Shown: positions 1 through 9,589 of the stretch, piece after piece
Layout of the letters: each line of letters starts with the position of its first letter
How positions within the stretch are numbered: the stretch's first letter is position 1
The notes under the pieces: model-generated
What the model was told of the DNA's origin: nothing
The model's input: the letters and a program-made list of their open reading frames with translations, nothing else
The model's database searches: none
Virus record (IMG/VR): IMGVR_UViG_3300025674_000018
Source of the DNA: an uncultured virus (IMG/VR IMGVR_UViG_3300025674_000018)
Taxonomy: Duplodnaviria > Heunggongvirae > Uroviricota > Caudoviricetes > Kyanoviridae
Strand: one strand, 5' to 3'
DNA length: 64,000 nt
Position numbers and translations under genes: made by a program

Positions 1-39
1 GACTTCTCAGTTAGTAAGGGCGATACAATTACATTAGAG

Positions 40-1305
40 GTGGTGAGTATCACTCAGGGTCCTTTTGCTGGATCGGTCAGTCCCAAGATGTCAATCTTTG
101 ATGAGGCGACTCAACTGTTTGAGGGTGCGATGACCATCAGGTTGATGACAACCGCTGGCGATACTGATTCATATCCCATTCCATATCAATTGGGTAACAA
201 GGATGCTCTCCCGACAGATGGTCAGGTCAGAGGTATGGATATGCAACTGGCAGTATTGACTGGTGAAGATGGTAAGAATGGTGGTGATATTGTTTGGAAT
301 CTCACTGAGATGTATAAGATGTATGAGAATGGTGCGTTGGTTGACACTGACAACGAGTATGCATCCAAACTCACATGGTCCCAGAGAATGAATGGGATGA
401 ATAGAGGTTGGAATTACACCACTGGTAGCAGATATGGTGCTTACCTAGACTCATTTGGTATTGACTCTGGAGATGTCAGGCAGCACTTTAATAAGTTGAC
501 AACATCAGACTTGTTTAAGGATGGTAAGACTGGTAGACACAAGGTAGAGCCCAACCTTGCTGGAAGTAATACTAAGAATCACATCGAAACCCCTTACAAC
601 TACGCCAGACTTGCTAGATTCTCTGACAATGCAACTGTCTGGTGGGATGAGTCTGCCACTCGCTATGGAAACTCCACAACCAACAGTGAGATTCTAGATG
701 ATTTGTATGATGGCATCAGTCAAAACAATACGTTTGAATTCTATGAGCCTGGATACTTCATCCAAGACTATTACTTAGTCGATGATGATGCAAAGGATAA
801 GATTGACTTCACTAGGACTGCAAAGATTCGTGTGGGTATTACTTTCTATCCATACTCAACTGGTGCTTCTCTGACAACCTTTGGTAAGGCATACCGCAGG
901 AGCAACTTCTATGCTATAGTAGAGTTGCTTGAAGTCCTGAATGACGGTTATGGTTACTCGGAGGGTCAGGAGTTTGATCTTAAATGGCCAATTGATTACG
1001 AAAAGAAACAACGTAAGTGGGCAGACCAAGGCACTCCATCCCAGGTAGCAGATGACATCTTCTCCCCATTCCATCCGAAGCACCACAAACCAAACACATA
1101 TGGAGTTAACACAACATACAAAATCCCTCAAGAAGTTGGTATCTCCTATGAGTATCAAGATAAATATCAGGACACTGGCAAGAGTCCAGTAAGGGATGCA
1201 TTATATCAAGAGTCCCACAACAAACAATCTATGGTATGGTATCTTCGTAGGACAGATCCCAAAAATCATATCCATTTCAAAGTAAGAGTGAGCGATGTAT
1301 CATGA
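40..1305 (+). CDS. Putative virion structural protein (5' end probably outside the window)
   Basis: Long ORF that appears open back to the window edge; no recognisable catalytic motif. Confidence 0.55.
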   Translation: MVSITQGPFAGSVSPKMSIFDEATQLFEGAMTIRLMTTAGDTDSYPIPYQLGNKDALPTDGQVRGMDMQLAVLTGEDGKNGGDIVWNLTEMYKMYENGALVDTDNEYASKLTWSQRMNGMNRGWNYTTGSRYGAYLDSFGIDSGDVRQHFNKLTTSDLFKDGKTGRHKVEPNLAGSNTKNHIETPYNYARLARFSDNATVWWDESATRYGNSTTNSEILDDLYDGISQNNTFEFYEPGYFIQDYYLVDDDAKDKIDFTRTAKIRVGITFYPYSTGASLTTFGKAYRRSNFYAIVELLEVLNDGYGYSEGQEFDLKWPIDYEKKQRKWADQGTPSQVADDIFSPFHPKHHKPNTYGVNTTYKIPQEVGISYEYQDKYQDTGKSPVRDALYQESHNKQSMVWYLRRTDPKNHIHFKVRVSDVS

Positions 1306-1685
1306 GTGAAGGTTTCGGTGAATCTATTATCCCAACTAGCCAGGCAAAGCGTCATGCTGATTGGGCAGAGAGGAGTCTTGAAAAGTCTTCTAAAGAATTA
1401 AAAATGCTTCGTAGAGTCATTGAGCAATACAAGGATGACCCAAAGGGTCGTGCCAAGATGCTCAAGAAGATGAAGAAGTATTGGAGCAGCAACGTTGCTA
1501 CAATTAAAAACCTTGACTACAAACCCAAGGGAGAAGAATTCTGGGCGAATGTTGAGAATCAGATTCTCGATAAGCGTCAGGAGTTGACTGATCAGGAGGT
1601 AGAGGAGAATGCACCTCCGTCTCCTATCGAGATGGCAACGGAAGACATGCAGGCAATTCGAGAGTATTTGCAGGCAGAAGAATGA
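1302..1685 (+). CDS. Hypothetical protein
   Basis: 127-aa ORF with ATGA overlaps at both ends. Confidence 0.7.
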   Translation: MSEGFGESIIPTSQAKRHADWAERSLEKSSKELKMLRRVIEQYKDDPKGRAKMLKKMKKYWSSNVATIKNLDYKPKGEEFWANVENQILDKRQELTDQEVEENAPPSPIEMATEDMQAIREYLQAEE

Positions 1686-2824
1686 AAGTCGCTGTGATTG
1701 GCAGAGGATCGTCTGGTTTAATCACGACGATGAATCTTCTTGCCTATGGAATTCAAGTGGACGTTTATTACGATCCAAGCATACCCCAGTTACCTGTGGG
1801 TGAATCTACAACACCACAATTTCCAGATCTCATTGAGAAGACTCTTGGATATACAAGGAAAGATCTCTGTGATCTGGGTCTTGCATCGATGAAATATGGT
1901 ATTGAGTTTGATGGTTGGGGTAAGAGTGGTGAAGTCTTTACTCATGACTTCATCTTCTCAGATGCTATTCACTTCTTCACAAAGGATCTCAACCCATTCC
2001 TGTGTGAGAAACTAGAAGAGAAGGGTGTCCGTTTCATTTCCCAACCCGTCAGAAGTCCCGAAGTCCTTTACGAATCATATGACTTTGTGATATCATGTGC
2101 TGGGTTTGATGAGAAGTTTCGTATTCCCATCAAGCTTCCCACAGTTAATTCTGTGGTATACTACACAGAGGAATTGGATCCTGATGTCTTAGACCCTCAG
2201 TATACCAATCACCTTGCCCATGAGAATGGATGGAAGTTTACACTACCATTTCCAAACCTGGGTATTTGTCGTAGTGGATTCCTCTATAAGAGGGAGCACC
2301 TATCTGAAACCATCGCTCTGACCTATTGTCCAGAAGATGCAAAGGTGCTAAAATGGACACCATCATACTCCCCAAGTATGATTGTCTCAGACAAACTGGC
2401 ACTCAATGGAAACGCCTTGCTTTTCTTTGAGCCACTGCAGGCACTGTCTCTATTTCATTATGACTTCTTTGCTAAAAGAATCATCCAGTATCTCTGGCAT
2501 GGATCTCGTAGTGAAGTGTCAAAGATGAATGCGAATCTAACATACCGCCGTGCAGTTGAAGCATATTTGGATGCCCTTGCTTTCCATTATCAATTTGGAT
2601 CGCAATATGCTTCGTCATTTTGGACTGATGTATCCACTTACTCCCGTCAGAGAGTTGCTGATCGCTGGTGGAATTCACCAGCAGTTATCAATGAAGCATA
2701 TTCCGTCTGGTCTCGCAACAGAAAGTCTCCTGAGTGCTGTGACAAAGATTTCTTTTATGCTCCTGACCATACAGAGATCTTCGGGATCACCTGTATGTGG
2801 CAACTCCAAATGGGTTTAATGTGA
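1682..2824 (+). CDS. Tryptophan-halogenase-family FAD-dependent enzyme (short, divergent)
   Basis: GRGSSG FAD motif, VGESTTP, Lys in ASMKYGIEF, FFEPLQA; WxWxIP degenerate (GWKFTLP). Confidence 0.8.
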   Translation: MKVAVIGRGSSGLITTMNLLAYGIQVDVYYDPSIPQLPVGESTTPQFPDLIEKTLGYTRKDLCDLGLASMKYGIEFDGWGKSGEVFTHDFIFSDAIHFFTKDLNPFLCEKLEEKGVRFISQPVRSPEVLYESYDFVISCAGFDEKFRIPIKLPTVNSVVYYTEELDPDVLDPQYTNHLAHENGWKFTLPFPNLGICRSGFLYKREHLSETIALTYCPEDAKVLKWTPSYSPSMIVSDKLALNGNALLFFEPLQALSLFHYDFFAKRIIQYLWHGSRSEVSKMNANLTYRRAVEAYLDALAFHYQFGSQYASSFWTDVSTYSRQRVADRWWNSPAVINEAYSVWSRNRKSPECCDKDFFYAPDHTEIFGITCMWQLQMGLM

Positions 2825-2883
2825 AGTTGTAAAACTTCATATATATTATGTAACACTGATGATCCCTCAACTACTCGGATCTG

Positions 2884-2892
2884 TGCTACAAT
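2884..2892 (+). promoter_or_regulatory. Extended -10 sigma70-type promoter (TGcTACAAT)
   Basis: Lies about 80 nt upstream of the 2971 ATG. Confidence 0.55.
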
Positions 2893-2970
2893 ACACAGGC
2901 GGTCGGGAAGTCGATCCGACCCACCATCTGCGGGTAACCATTCCGCAAGAAACTTAACGAGGAAATTCAA

Positions 2971-3342
2971 ATGATCAAATCTTTCATCGCTGCAGCTGCT
3001 GCTGCCCCCCTGTTTGCTGGCGCTGCTTTCGCAGGTCCCTATGTCAACGTGGAAGCTAACTCTGGTTTTACTGGTAGCAACTACAGCGGCACCGATATCG
3101 ACACCCATGTGGGTTACGAGGGTGCTCTGGGCGAGTCTTCTTCCTGGTATGTCCAAGCTGGCGCTACCATCGTTGCTCCTGACAACGGTGCTACCGACAC
3201 CGTGCCCTCTGGCAAGGCTGGTCTGGGCGTGGGTCTGACCGACTCCCTCTCCGCTTACGGCGAAGTGTCCTTCAAGGGCTCGGGCGTTGCTGGTGTTGAC
3301 CGTAGCTACGGCACTAAGGCTGGTCTGAAGTATAGCTTCTGA
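2971..3342 (+). CDS. Small outer-membrane beta-barrel protein (host-like)
   Basis: Ala-rich signal peptide, amphipathic strands, C-terminal GLKYSF beta-signal, AGGA Shine-Dalgarno. Confidence 0.75.
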   Translation: MIKSFIAAAAAAPLFAGAAFAGPYVNVEANSGFTGSNYSGTDIDTHVGYEGALGESSSWYVQAGATIVAPDNGATDTVPSGKAGLGVGLTDSLSAYGEVSFKGSGVAGVDRSYGTKAGLKYSF

Positions 3343-3365
3343 TATAATATAGTCAACTAAATACT

Positions 3366-3388
3366 GGGGTCTTAGGACCCCTTTTTTT
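3366..3388 (+). terminator. Rho-independent terminator
   Basis: GGGGTC-ttag-GACCCC followed by T7. Confidence 0.9.
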
Positions 3389-3404
3389 ATTTCTGGAGGT
3401 AAAC

Positions 3405-3656
3405 GTGTCTAAAACCCCATCGCACACAGCAATTTACACTCGCCCAGGTTGTCCATATTGCACCAAGATCAAAGAGGTGTATAATATGAATGGTTGGTCC
3501 TTTGCTGAGTATGTGCTCAACACAAACTTTACTAGGGATCAATTCTACGCTGAGTTTGGTCAGCGTGCTACATTCCCACAAGTTATTGTTGGTGGTAGAA
3601 AAGTCGGTGGATGCACCGAAGCTGTTAAATTTCTGAGGGAAAACAAGTATCTGTGA
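3405..3656 (+). CDS. nrdC: Glutaredoxin
   Basis: CPYC active site, TFPQV, VGGC; GTG start with GGAGG. Confidence 0.92.
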   Translation: MSKTPSHTAIYTRPGCPYCTKIKEVYNMNGWSFAEYVLNTNFTRDQFYAEFGQRATFPQVIVGGRKVGGCTEAVKFLRENKYL

Positions 3657-4036
3657 TGAGCCAAATTAACACCCATGAATTGTATGAGTTGGTTGATCGA
3701 GCGATCGACTCTGCGTTTGCTGATGACCGATACATCTTTAAGATGTACGACTACTTGAAACTGGGTAAGTGGACTCGGCGTGATACACAAGAGTTTATCG
3801 AATCCCCCACGGCAGCCAGGTTAAGTGAGTTGGTCATGGACCTGGAAACATATACCAAAGGGAAGGATAAATTTCTCAAGGAAGCCTACGCACATCTAAC
3901 GAAACAGCAGGCCAAGAAGTTAAAGACATACTTTTATGGTATGCTGGAAGACTCCTGGAAGTATGCTGCCGAGCGAAAGCCTGGACGCAAACCTGGGACG
4001 AAAAATAAAACAACTTCCCGAAGGAAGACTAAATAG
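3653..4036 (+). CDS. Conserved cyanophage hypothetical protein
   Basis: Overlapping ORF with basic RKPGRK tail; usual position after nrdC. Confidence 0.7.
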   Translation: MMSQINTHELYELVDRAIDSAFADDRYIFKMYDYLKLGKWTRRDTQEFIESPTAARLSELVMDLETYTKGKDKFLKEAYAHLTKQQAKKLKTYFYGMLEDSWKYAAERKPGRKPGTKNKTTSRRKTK

Positions 4037-4066
4037 TTATTGACTGGACAAATTAGGGGGCAACGT

Positions 4067-4297
4067 ATGCAGGACTTATCCTTTCTTTATATTGCCTTCT
4101 TCCTCACGATTGGAAGTTTCTTTATTGGATTCTTAGTATCTTGGAATGTAAAGGATGTCTTTGATGTTTGGATCGCCAAGGCAGACTACGCAGCAATTAA
4201 GATGCACCCCGAAATGTATGAGGATGGAGAGTTAACAGACCAGCAACTTCTTTACCTGCGTATCGATAACGATGTATTTGATGACGAGGATGATTGA
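4067..4297 (+). CDS. Small membrane protein (DUF2973-like)
   Basis: N-terminal TM helix, HPEMYEDG..LLYLR; start moved to ATG after AGGGGG. Confidence 0.6.
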   Translation: MQDLSFLYIAFFLTIGSFFIGFLVSWNVKDVFDVWIAKADYAAIKMHPEMYEDGELTDQQLLYLRIDNDVFDDEDD

Positions 4298-4737
4298 TGA
4301 AACTTATGATCTCTGAAGTGCTACAAAAAGCACACAATGCAAAAACAAAACAAGAGAAGATCAAGATCCTCAGAGACAACAATAGTAGTGCTCTGAGGAC
4401 TATCTTCATTATGAATTATGATGACAGCCTGAAACCGAGAGTCCCTCTTGGTGAGGATGTGCCTTACAAACCTAATGATGCACCCCAGGGGACAGAGCAT
4501 ACTGTCCTTGAGACCCAAGCAAGTAAGTTTTACTATTACTTTAAGGGTGGGGCGGATCATCTCCCTCAGATGAAGATTGAGACGATGTTTATTCAGACAT
4601 TGGAAGGTCTTCACAGTGAAGAGGCACAGGTCTTGGTTAAGGCAATCAATAAGTCCCTTGGTAAGCGTTATAGGATCACCAAGGCAGTTGTTGATGAAGC
4701 ATTCCCTGAGATCATCTGGGGAGGTCGTGGTGCATGA
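4294..4737 (+). CDS. Conserved T4-like phage hypothetical protein
   Basis: ISEVLQK...MFIQTLEGLH.EEA pattern. Confidence 0.7.
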   Translation: MMKLMISEVLQKAHNAKTKQEKIKILRDNNSSALRTIFIMNYDDSLKPRVPLGEDVPYKPNDAPQGTEHTVLETQASKFYYYFKGGADHLPQMKIETMFIQTLEGLHSEEAQVLVKAINKSLGKRYRITKAVVDEAFPEIIWGGRGA

Positions 4738-5012
4738 GTGTCTACTTCGACCCTAGGAGACCCAGGGAAGAGGGACAAACCATCTCACTCCCTGAGGCAG
4801 AAGATCTCATCAAACAACTAGAGGAGAAAGAGAAGATTGAGATGGGCAAGAAAGTTGTTGCCGCTCTCACTAGACTCTTTGTTAGTCCTGTGATTCTTAT
4901 GCTAGTCTGGAATTGGTTGATGCCTGGACTGTTTGGTCTGGCAACTATCGGTTACCTCAAAGCGTTTGGTCTTGTTGTAATGTCCTCAATCCTCTTTAAT
5001 CGTAATGACTAA
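4734..5012 (+). CDS. Hypothetical membrane protein
   Basis: Two hydrophobic segments (WNWLMPGLFGL). Confidence 0.65.
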   Translation: MSVYFDPRRPREEGQTISLPEAEDLIKQLEEKEKIEMGKKVVAALTRLFVSPVILMLVWNWLMPGLFGLATIGYLKAFGLVVMSSILFNRND

Positions 5013-5727
5013 ACCTGTTATTGAAATTGCTACCCCTAAGGTCTGCTTTGTGTCTGCTACTCCAGATGCAGAGAAGACCATGGGGTATGTTGCTCGTGTG
5101 AGTAACCCCAGCAACCAGGAAAACCCTAACGTTGCTGGTCTCCTTGCCTATTGCATCAAACATGGGCACTGGAGCGTCTTTGAGCAGGCGCATATGACCC
5201 TTGAGATTAACACTACCAGGGGCATCGCAGCTCAAATACTTCGTCATAGATCCTTCACATATCAGGAGTTCTCTCAGCGTTATGCTGACACCAATCTTCT
5301 GTCCGATCGCATCCCTGTCCCTGATCTGAGGTCACAGGACACTAAGAATCGACAGAATTCTATTGACGATATCTCTCCTGCGGATAAAGCATTCTTCCAC
5401 GGTCGTATCTATCAGTATTTTGCTGAAGGTATGGACCTCTACAACGAATTGCTTCGGGCAGGTGTGGCAAAGGAATGTGCTCGCTTTGTGCTTCCCTTGG
5501 CAACGCCCACCAAAATTTACATGACTGGCTCTGTGCGGTCATGGATTCATTACATCGACCTTCGGTCTGCCCATGGCACACAAAAAGAGCACATGGACAT
5601 TGCTACTCTGTGCAAACAACATTTCATCTGCAAGTTTCCTATCACTGCCAAGGCACTTGACTGGGATTGTGTGGACTGCAAGTGCAATGAAGAGTGCTTC
5701 GATCAACCCTCTATCCTTATTGAATGA
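5005..5727 (+). CDS. thyX: FAD-dependent thymidylate synthase
   Basis: GHWSVFE, RHRSFTYQEFSQRY, ECARFVLP motifs. Confidence 0.95.
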   Translation: MTKPVIEIATPKVCFVSATPDAEKTMGYVARVSNPSNQENPNVAGLLAYCIKHGHWSVFEQAHMTLEINTTRGIAAQILRHRSFTYQEFSQRYADTNLLSDRIPVPDLRSQDTKNRQNSIDDISPADKAFFHGRIYQYFAEGMDLYNELLRAGVAKECARFVLPLATPTKIYMTGSVRSWIHYIDLRSAHGTQKEHMDIATLCKQHFICKFPITAKALDWDCVDCKCNEECFDQPSILIE

Positions 5728-5957
5728 TGCCTACATACCCCGTGATAAATAAGGTCACAGGAGAGAAACAAACTCTCTCAATGACCATGAAAGAATACTC
5801 AACCTGGAGGGAGGAAAATCCTGACTGGGATCGTGACTGGATGGAGGGAGTCGGAGGCACTACCTACGGCAAACCCAAACAGTCTGATGGATTCAAAGAG
5901 GTGATGCAAAAGATCCAATCTGAGCACCCACGAGCAAACCTTAGTAATTACACCTAA
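5724..5957 (+). CDS. Conserved hypothetical protein (FmdB-like position)
   Basis: MPTYPV...DGFKEVMQKI; lies between thyX and phoH. Confidence 0.65.
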   Translation: MMPTYPVINKVTGEKQTLSMTMKEYSTWREENPDWDRDWMEGVGGTTYGKPKQSDGFKEVMQKIQSEHPRANLSNYT

Positions 5958-6709
5958 TGCCAAGAGCAAAGAAGACCATGCCAGAATTCAAGAATGGTAT
6001 GACTGCGAAGCAGATGCGAAGGAAGAAGCCAATCAACCTGGAGCATCTCAAGACCATCGAACCTCTCACAGATAATCAGAGAGTTGTTTGGGACGCCTTT
6101 GCCAAAGGACAAAACTTGGTCTTACATGGTGCCGCTGGCACTGGTAAGACCTTTATTAGTTTGTACCTTGCACTGCAAGAGTGTCTAAATCCTGCTTCTC
6201 CCTATGAGAAGGTCTATATGATTAGATCTCTTGTCCCTACCAGAGAGATTGGTTTCCTTCCTGGAGACCATGAAGATAAGTCCAACCTTTACCAAATTCC
6301 CTACAAGAATATGGTAAAATATATGTTCCAGATGCCAGACGAGAATTCGTTTGAAGCATTGTATGCAAATCTGAGAGCACAGGAAACTATCTCTTTCTGG
6401 TCTACCTCATTCGTCCGTGGTGTTACTATGGATGATTGCATCATTATTGTTGACGAGTTTTCCAACCTCAACTTCCACGAGCTTGACTCAATGATCACTA
6501 GGGTTGGTGAAAACTGTCGCATCATTTTCTCTGGAGACTATTTCCAGTCTGACTTGGTTAAAAATTGGGAGAAAGATGGAGTCCTAGACTTCATGAAGAT
6601 CCTAAAGAATATGCCCTCCTTTACCTGCACTGAGTTTGGTATTGATGACATTGTTAGATCTGGACTTGTCAAAGAGTATCTGGTAAGTAAAATCAGTCTA
6701 GGTTATTGA
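5957..6709 (+). CDS. phoH: PhoH-family ATPase
   Basis: GAAGTGKT, IGFLPG, VRG, VDE, GDYFQSD, DIVRSGLV. Confidence 0.95.
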   Translation: MPRAKKTMPEFKNGMTAKQMRRKKPINLEHLKTIEPLTDNQRVVWDAFAKGQNLVLHGAAGTGKTFISLYLALQECLNPASPYEKVYMIRSLVPTREIGFLPGDHEDKSNLYQIPYKNMVKYMFQMPDENSFEALYANLRAQETISFWSTSFVRGVTMDDCIIIVDEFSNLNFHELDSMITRVGENCRIIFSGDYFQSDLVKNWEKDGVLDFMKILKNMPSFTCTEFGIDDIVRSGLVKEYLVSKISLGY

Positions 6710-6715
6710 TTCATT

Positions 6716-7405
6716 ATGTTTGATTATGTTGGTCCCCCTTGTGAAATCCCTGAATTAGAATCTAGGACACTCACCCAGGGTCGTTTCTATAAACTTGACG
6801 GCACCTGGGTGCCTTCTGTCACCACAGTTATTGGACATCAGTCCAAGGCAGGCATCCTTGCCTGGCAACAACGTGTTGGACACACTGAAGCAGAGAAGAT
6901 CCGAATGGCATCTTCTTGGAGAGGCACGAAATTCCACAATTTAGTTGAGTCTTATCTTCGTAATGAGTATACGGAGATGTATAAGAAATCACTTAAACCT
7001 GAGGAAGGTCAAGGTCTTACCAACTACCTTTTCAGGGCTGCTCGTAAGGATCTTGATCGGATCAATAACATTCACCTTATTGAATCCCCTCTTCACTCTG
7101 CTGCTCTCGGTCTTGCTGGTCGTGTTGACTGTCTTGCTGAGTTTGATGGTGAGCTTGCTGTAATTGACTTCAAGACTACCAAGGAATTGAAGAAGACTAA
7201 ATACCTAGAGAATTATTTCGTCCAGTGCTCAGCATATGCATACATGTATTATGAGCATACTGGTTTAGAGGTTGATAAACTTGTCATTATCTCTGTTTCT
7301 GAAAGCGGAGAGATGCAGGTTGAGCAACGATATAACAAAGAAGATTATGTAAACACCTTGATTGATTACATCAAGGAGTATCGTGAGTATGTTAAGTCCC
7401 TATGA
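6716..7405 (+). CDS. PD-(D/E)xK RecB-like exonuclease
   Basis: SVTTVI, RGTKFH, GRVDC, IDFKT, QCSAY. Confidence 0.85.
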   Translation: MFDYVGPPCEIPELESRTLTQGRFYKLDGTWVPSVTTVIGHQSKAGILAWQQRVGHTEAEKIRMASSWRGTKFHNLVESYLRNEYTEMYKKSLKPEEGQGLTNYLFRAARKDLDRINNIHLIESPLHSAALGLAGRVDCLAEFDGELAVIDFKTTKELKKTKYLENYFVQCSAYAYMYYEHTGLEVDKLVIISVSESGEMQVEQRYNKEDYVNTLIDYIKEYREYVKSL

Positions 7406-8034
7406 AAGATACATTCCTAGGTATACCCTTCTATAGATTCTATTATCCTGGTGATGTAGAATATGTTGCCGATGAAATGTCCAAGTTGGAATGGATTCGC
7501 AACGATACAAATTATATCTGGGGTGGCATCAAACAAAATGCAAAGGGTCAAGACATGCACACCCTTCCTCAATTCAAAGATCTATTTGATTGGATCAATG
7601 AATGCCTAGAGGAAGTCCGACAAGACATAGCACCACATGCAGAGAAAATGACTCTGGTTTCATCTTGGGCAAACAAGAATGATCCTGGTGACTATTTCTT
7701 TGACCACACCCACCCCAACTGCTTCCTGTCTAGCAATTACTATGCAACAGGAGAGCCACAAGACAAGACGGTGTGGTTGTATCCCAATCCTTACTACTCG
7801 GCAACGAATATTAGTCCCTTCGGTGACTATACTGACTTCAAATATCACCTCACACATGAGGAGCCTACTGAGCCTGGAAAGTTTATAGTATTTCCACCCA
7901 CAATTAGGCATTATGCACAACCAAACACAACAAGTATGCCTAGAATGACCATTGCTGCTAACGCTTTTCCGTCAGGTCTGATAGAATCTGGTGGAGTCTC
8001 TAGAATGAGACTGGAGGTCCTGCCCAATGGATGA
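7402..8034 (+). CDS. 2OG-Fe(II) oxygenase (TIGR02466-like)
   Basis: SWAN, HTH, FPPTIRH, RMTIAAN. Confidence 0.8.
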   Translation: MKDTFLGIPFYRFYYPGDVEYVADEMSKLEWIRNDTNYIWGGIKQNAKGQDMHTLPQFKDLFDWINECLEEVRQDIAPHAEKMTLVSSWANKNDPGDYFFDHTHPNCFLSSNYYATGEPQDKTVWLYPNPYYSATNISPFGDYTDFKYHLTHEEPTEPGKFIVFPPTIRHYAQPNTTSMPRMTIAANAFPSGLIESGGVSRMRLEVLPNG

Positions 8035-8272
8035 ACTTGAAAAGGAATTTATGACACAAGGCAAATTTACATCATTAGTTGAAGAGTTAGTGAAAGATAG
8101 TGGTGGTCTGTTGAATTACATTGAGGCAGTCACCACAATTTGTGAGGAATATGAGATCGAAATTGAGATCGTTAACAAACTAATCTCTCGTCCTCTGAAG
8201 GACAAACTCAAATGGGATGCACAAAAACTCAATTATGTAAAACGAACAAGTAGAGGAGTGTTACCATTGTGA
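8027..8272 (+). CDS. gp33: Late-promoter transcription coactivator gp33
   Basis: NYIEAV...LISRPLKDKLKWDAQKLN..LPL. Confidence 0.85.
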   Translation: MDELEKEFMTQGKFTSLVEELVKDSGGLLNYIEAVTTICEEYEIEIEIVNKLISRPLKDKLKWDAQKLNYVKRTSRGVLPL

Positions 8273-8619
8273 GTGACAGTTTTTTCCAGACAGAGCAGGT
8301 AGCAAAAGAGATGGAAGACATCCAGACTACCTACACAGATCTGCTCAAGATGTCTGCAGGTCTTAAAGACTTCAACCCCCAACAAAAATTGGATCATATT
8401 GAGAAGACTCTTGAGTTAATTGCCAAGCAGAAAGTCTTCTATGCTCGTCTTGCCCTTGCTTCCCACGAGCCAGGGACACAAGAAGAAGTGTCCTTCGTCA
8501 AGGATCGAGTGGACAAGATGTCTGAGATCTATTCTGGCGGAATGAATCTCATGCAGATCCTTCAGATGATGGAGGACAAACTTCAGGAGTGGCGTCGGGA
8601 ATTGAAATCCACCACTTGA
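8269..8619 (+). CDS. DUF1825-like protein
   Basis: FFQTEQV..KQKVFYARL; position before gp32. Confidence 0.65.
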   Translation: MSDSFFQTEQVAKEMEDIQTTYTDLLKMSAGLKDFNPQQKLDHIEKTLELIAKQKVFYARLALASHEPGTQEEVSFVKDRVDKMSEIYSGGMNLMQILQMMEDKLQEWRRELKSTT

Positions 8620-8692
8620 CAACGCCTAAATACTATGCCATCATTACATGGTGGCACACAGACCACACACATTAAATACGGAGAATACAAAC

Positions 8693-9589
8693 ATGTCTTT
8701 TGCAGCACTGAAGAAGTCTTCTGGATCTTCCTTCGCCAAACTGACCAAAGAGATTGAGAAACTTTCTAAACCCGCTGGTGCTAACGTAGACGAGCGTTTC
8801 TGGAAACCCACCTTGGATAAGAGTGGTAACGGTTACGCAGTCATTCGCTTCCTCCCCGAGCCTGATGGTGAGGACTTCCCCTGGGTGCAGGTGTGGAGTC
8901 ACGCTTTCCAAGGTCCTGGTGGATGGTATATTGAAAACTCTCTGACCACTTTGAATCAGAAGGACCCCGTGTCCGACCTCAACCGAGAGTTGTGGAATAG
9001 TGGCAGCGATGCAGACAAGGAGACCGCTCGGAAACAGAAGCGTAAACTGTCCTACTACAGCAACATTTATGTTGTTAAGGACGAGATGAATCCTGAGAAT
9101 GAAGGAAAAGTCTTCCTGTATAAATATGGTAAGCGTATCTATGATAAGATTCGCACTGCAGCACAACCTGAGTTTGAAGATGAGACCCCCATCAACCCCT
9201 TCGATCTTTGGCAGGGTGCAGACTTCCGACTGAAGATCTGTAAGGTTGCTGGATACTGGAATTATGATAAGTCTAGTTTCGCCAACCCGTCTACTCTCGG
9301 CAACTTCGATGACGATCAACTGGAAGAGATCTGGCGTCGCTCCTACTCTCTGAAGGCATTCAATTCTCAAGATCAATTCAAGACCTATGAGCAATTGGAA
9401 AAGCGTCTGAGTGAAGTGCTGAAGCAGTCCCCTCGTGTTGGCAACGTCCTTGATGAGTCTTTCGAGGACGAAGAAGAAACTGGCACACCGCCCCCTACTA
9501 AAGGGTTTGGCACTCGTGTAGAATCTTTCAAAGAGGAGTCCGATGATGTGGACCTCTCATACTTCGAGCGACTCGCTGAGGACGACTGA
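8693..9589 (+). CDS. gp32: Single-stranded DNA-binding protein gp32
   Basis: GNGYAVIRFLP, WYIENSLTT, acidic tail; start moved to ATG 8693 after GGAG; TTGACA at 8616 and TAAATA upstream. Confidence 0.95.
   Translation: MSFAALKKSSGSSFAKLTKEIEKLSKPAGANVDERFWKPTLDKSGNGYAVIRFLPEPDGEDFPWVQVWSHAFQGPGGWYIENSLTTLNQKDPVSDLNRELWNSGSDADKETARKQKRKLSYYSNIYVVKDEMNPENEGKVFLYKYGKRIYDKIRTAAQPEFEDETPINPFDLWQGADFRLKICKVAGYWNYDKSSFANPSTLGNFDDDQLEEIWRRSYSLKAFNSQDQFKTYEQLEKRLSEVLKQSPRVGNVLDESFEDEEETGTPPPTKGFGTRVESFKEESDDVDLSYFERLAEDD

Noticed and set aside
2850..2865. NtcA box upstream of the outer-membrane gene
   Set aside because: Reads GTA-N8-GAT, not GTA-N8-TAC
6716..7405. Cas4 as part of a CRISPR system
   Set aside because: Lacks the four-Cys Fe-S pattern; sits at the usual exonuclease position after phoH
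8672..9394. Long antisense ORFs (also 13688-14422, 20357-21052, 29624-30379, 30740-31381, 37709-38380, 48426-49061)
   Set aside because: Shadows of well-supported sense genes; no motifs or expression signals
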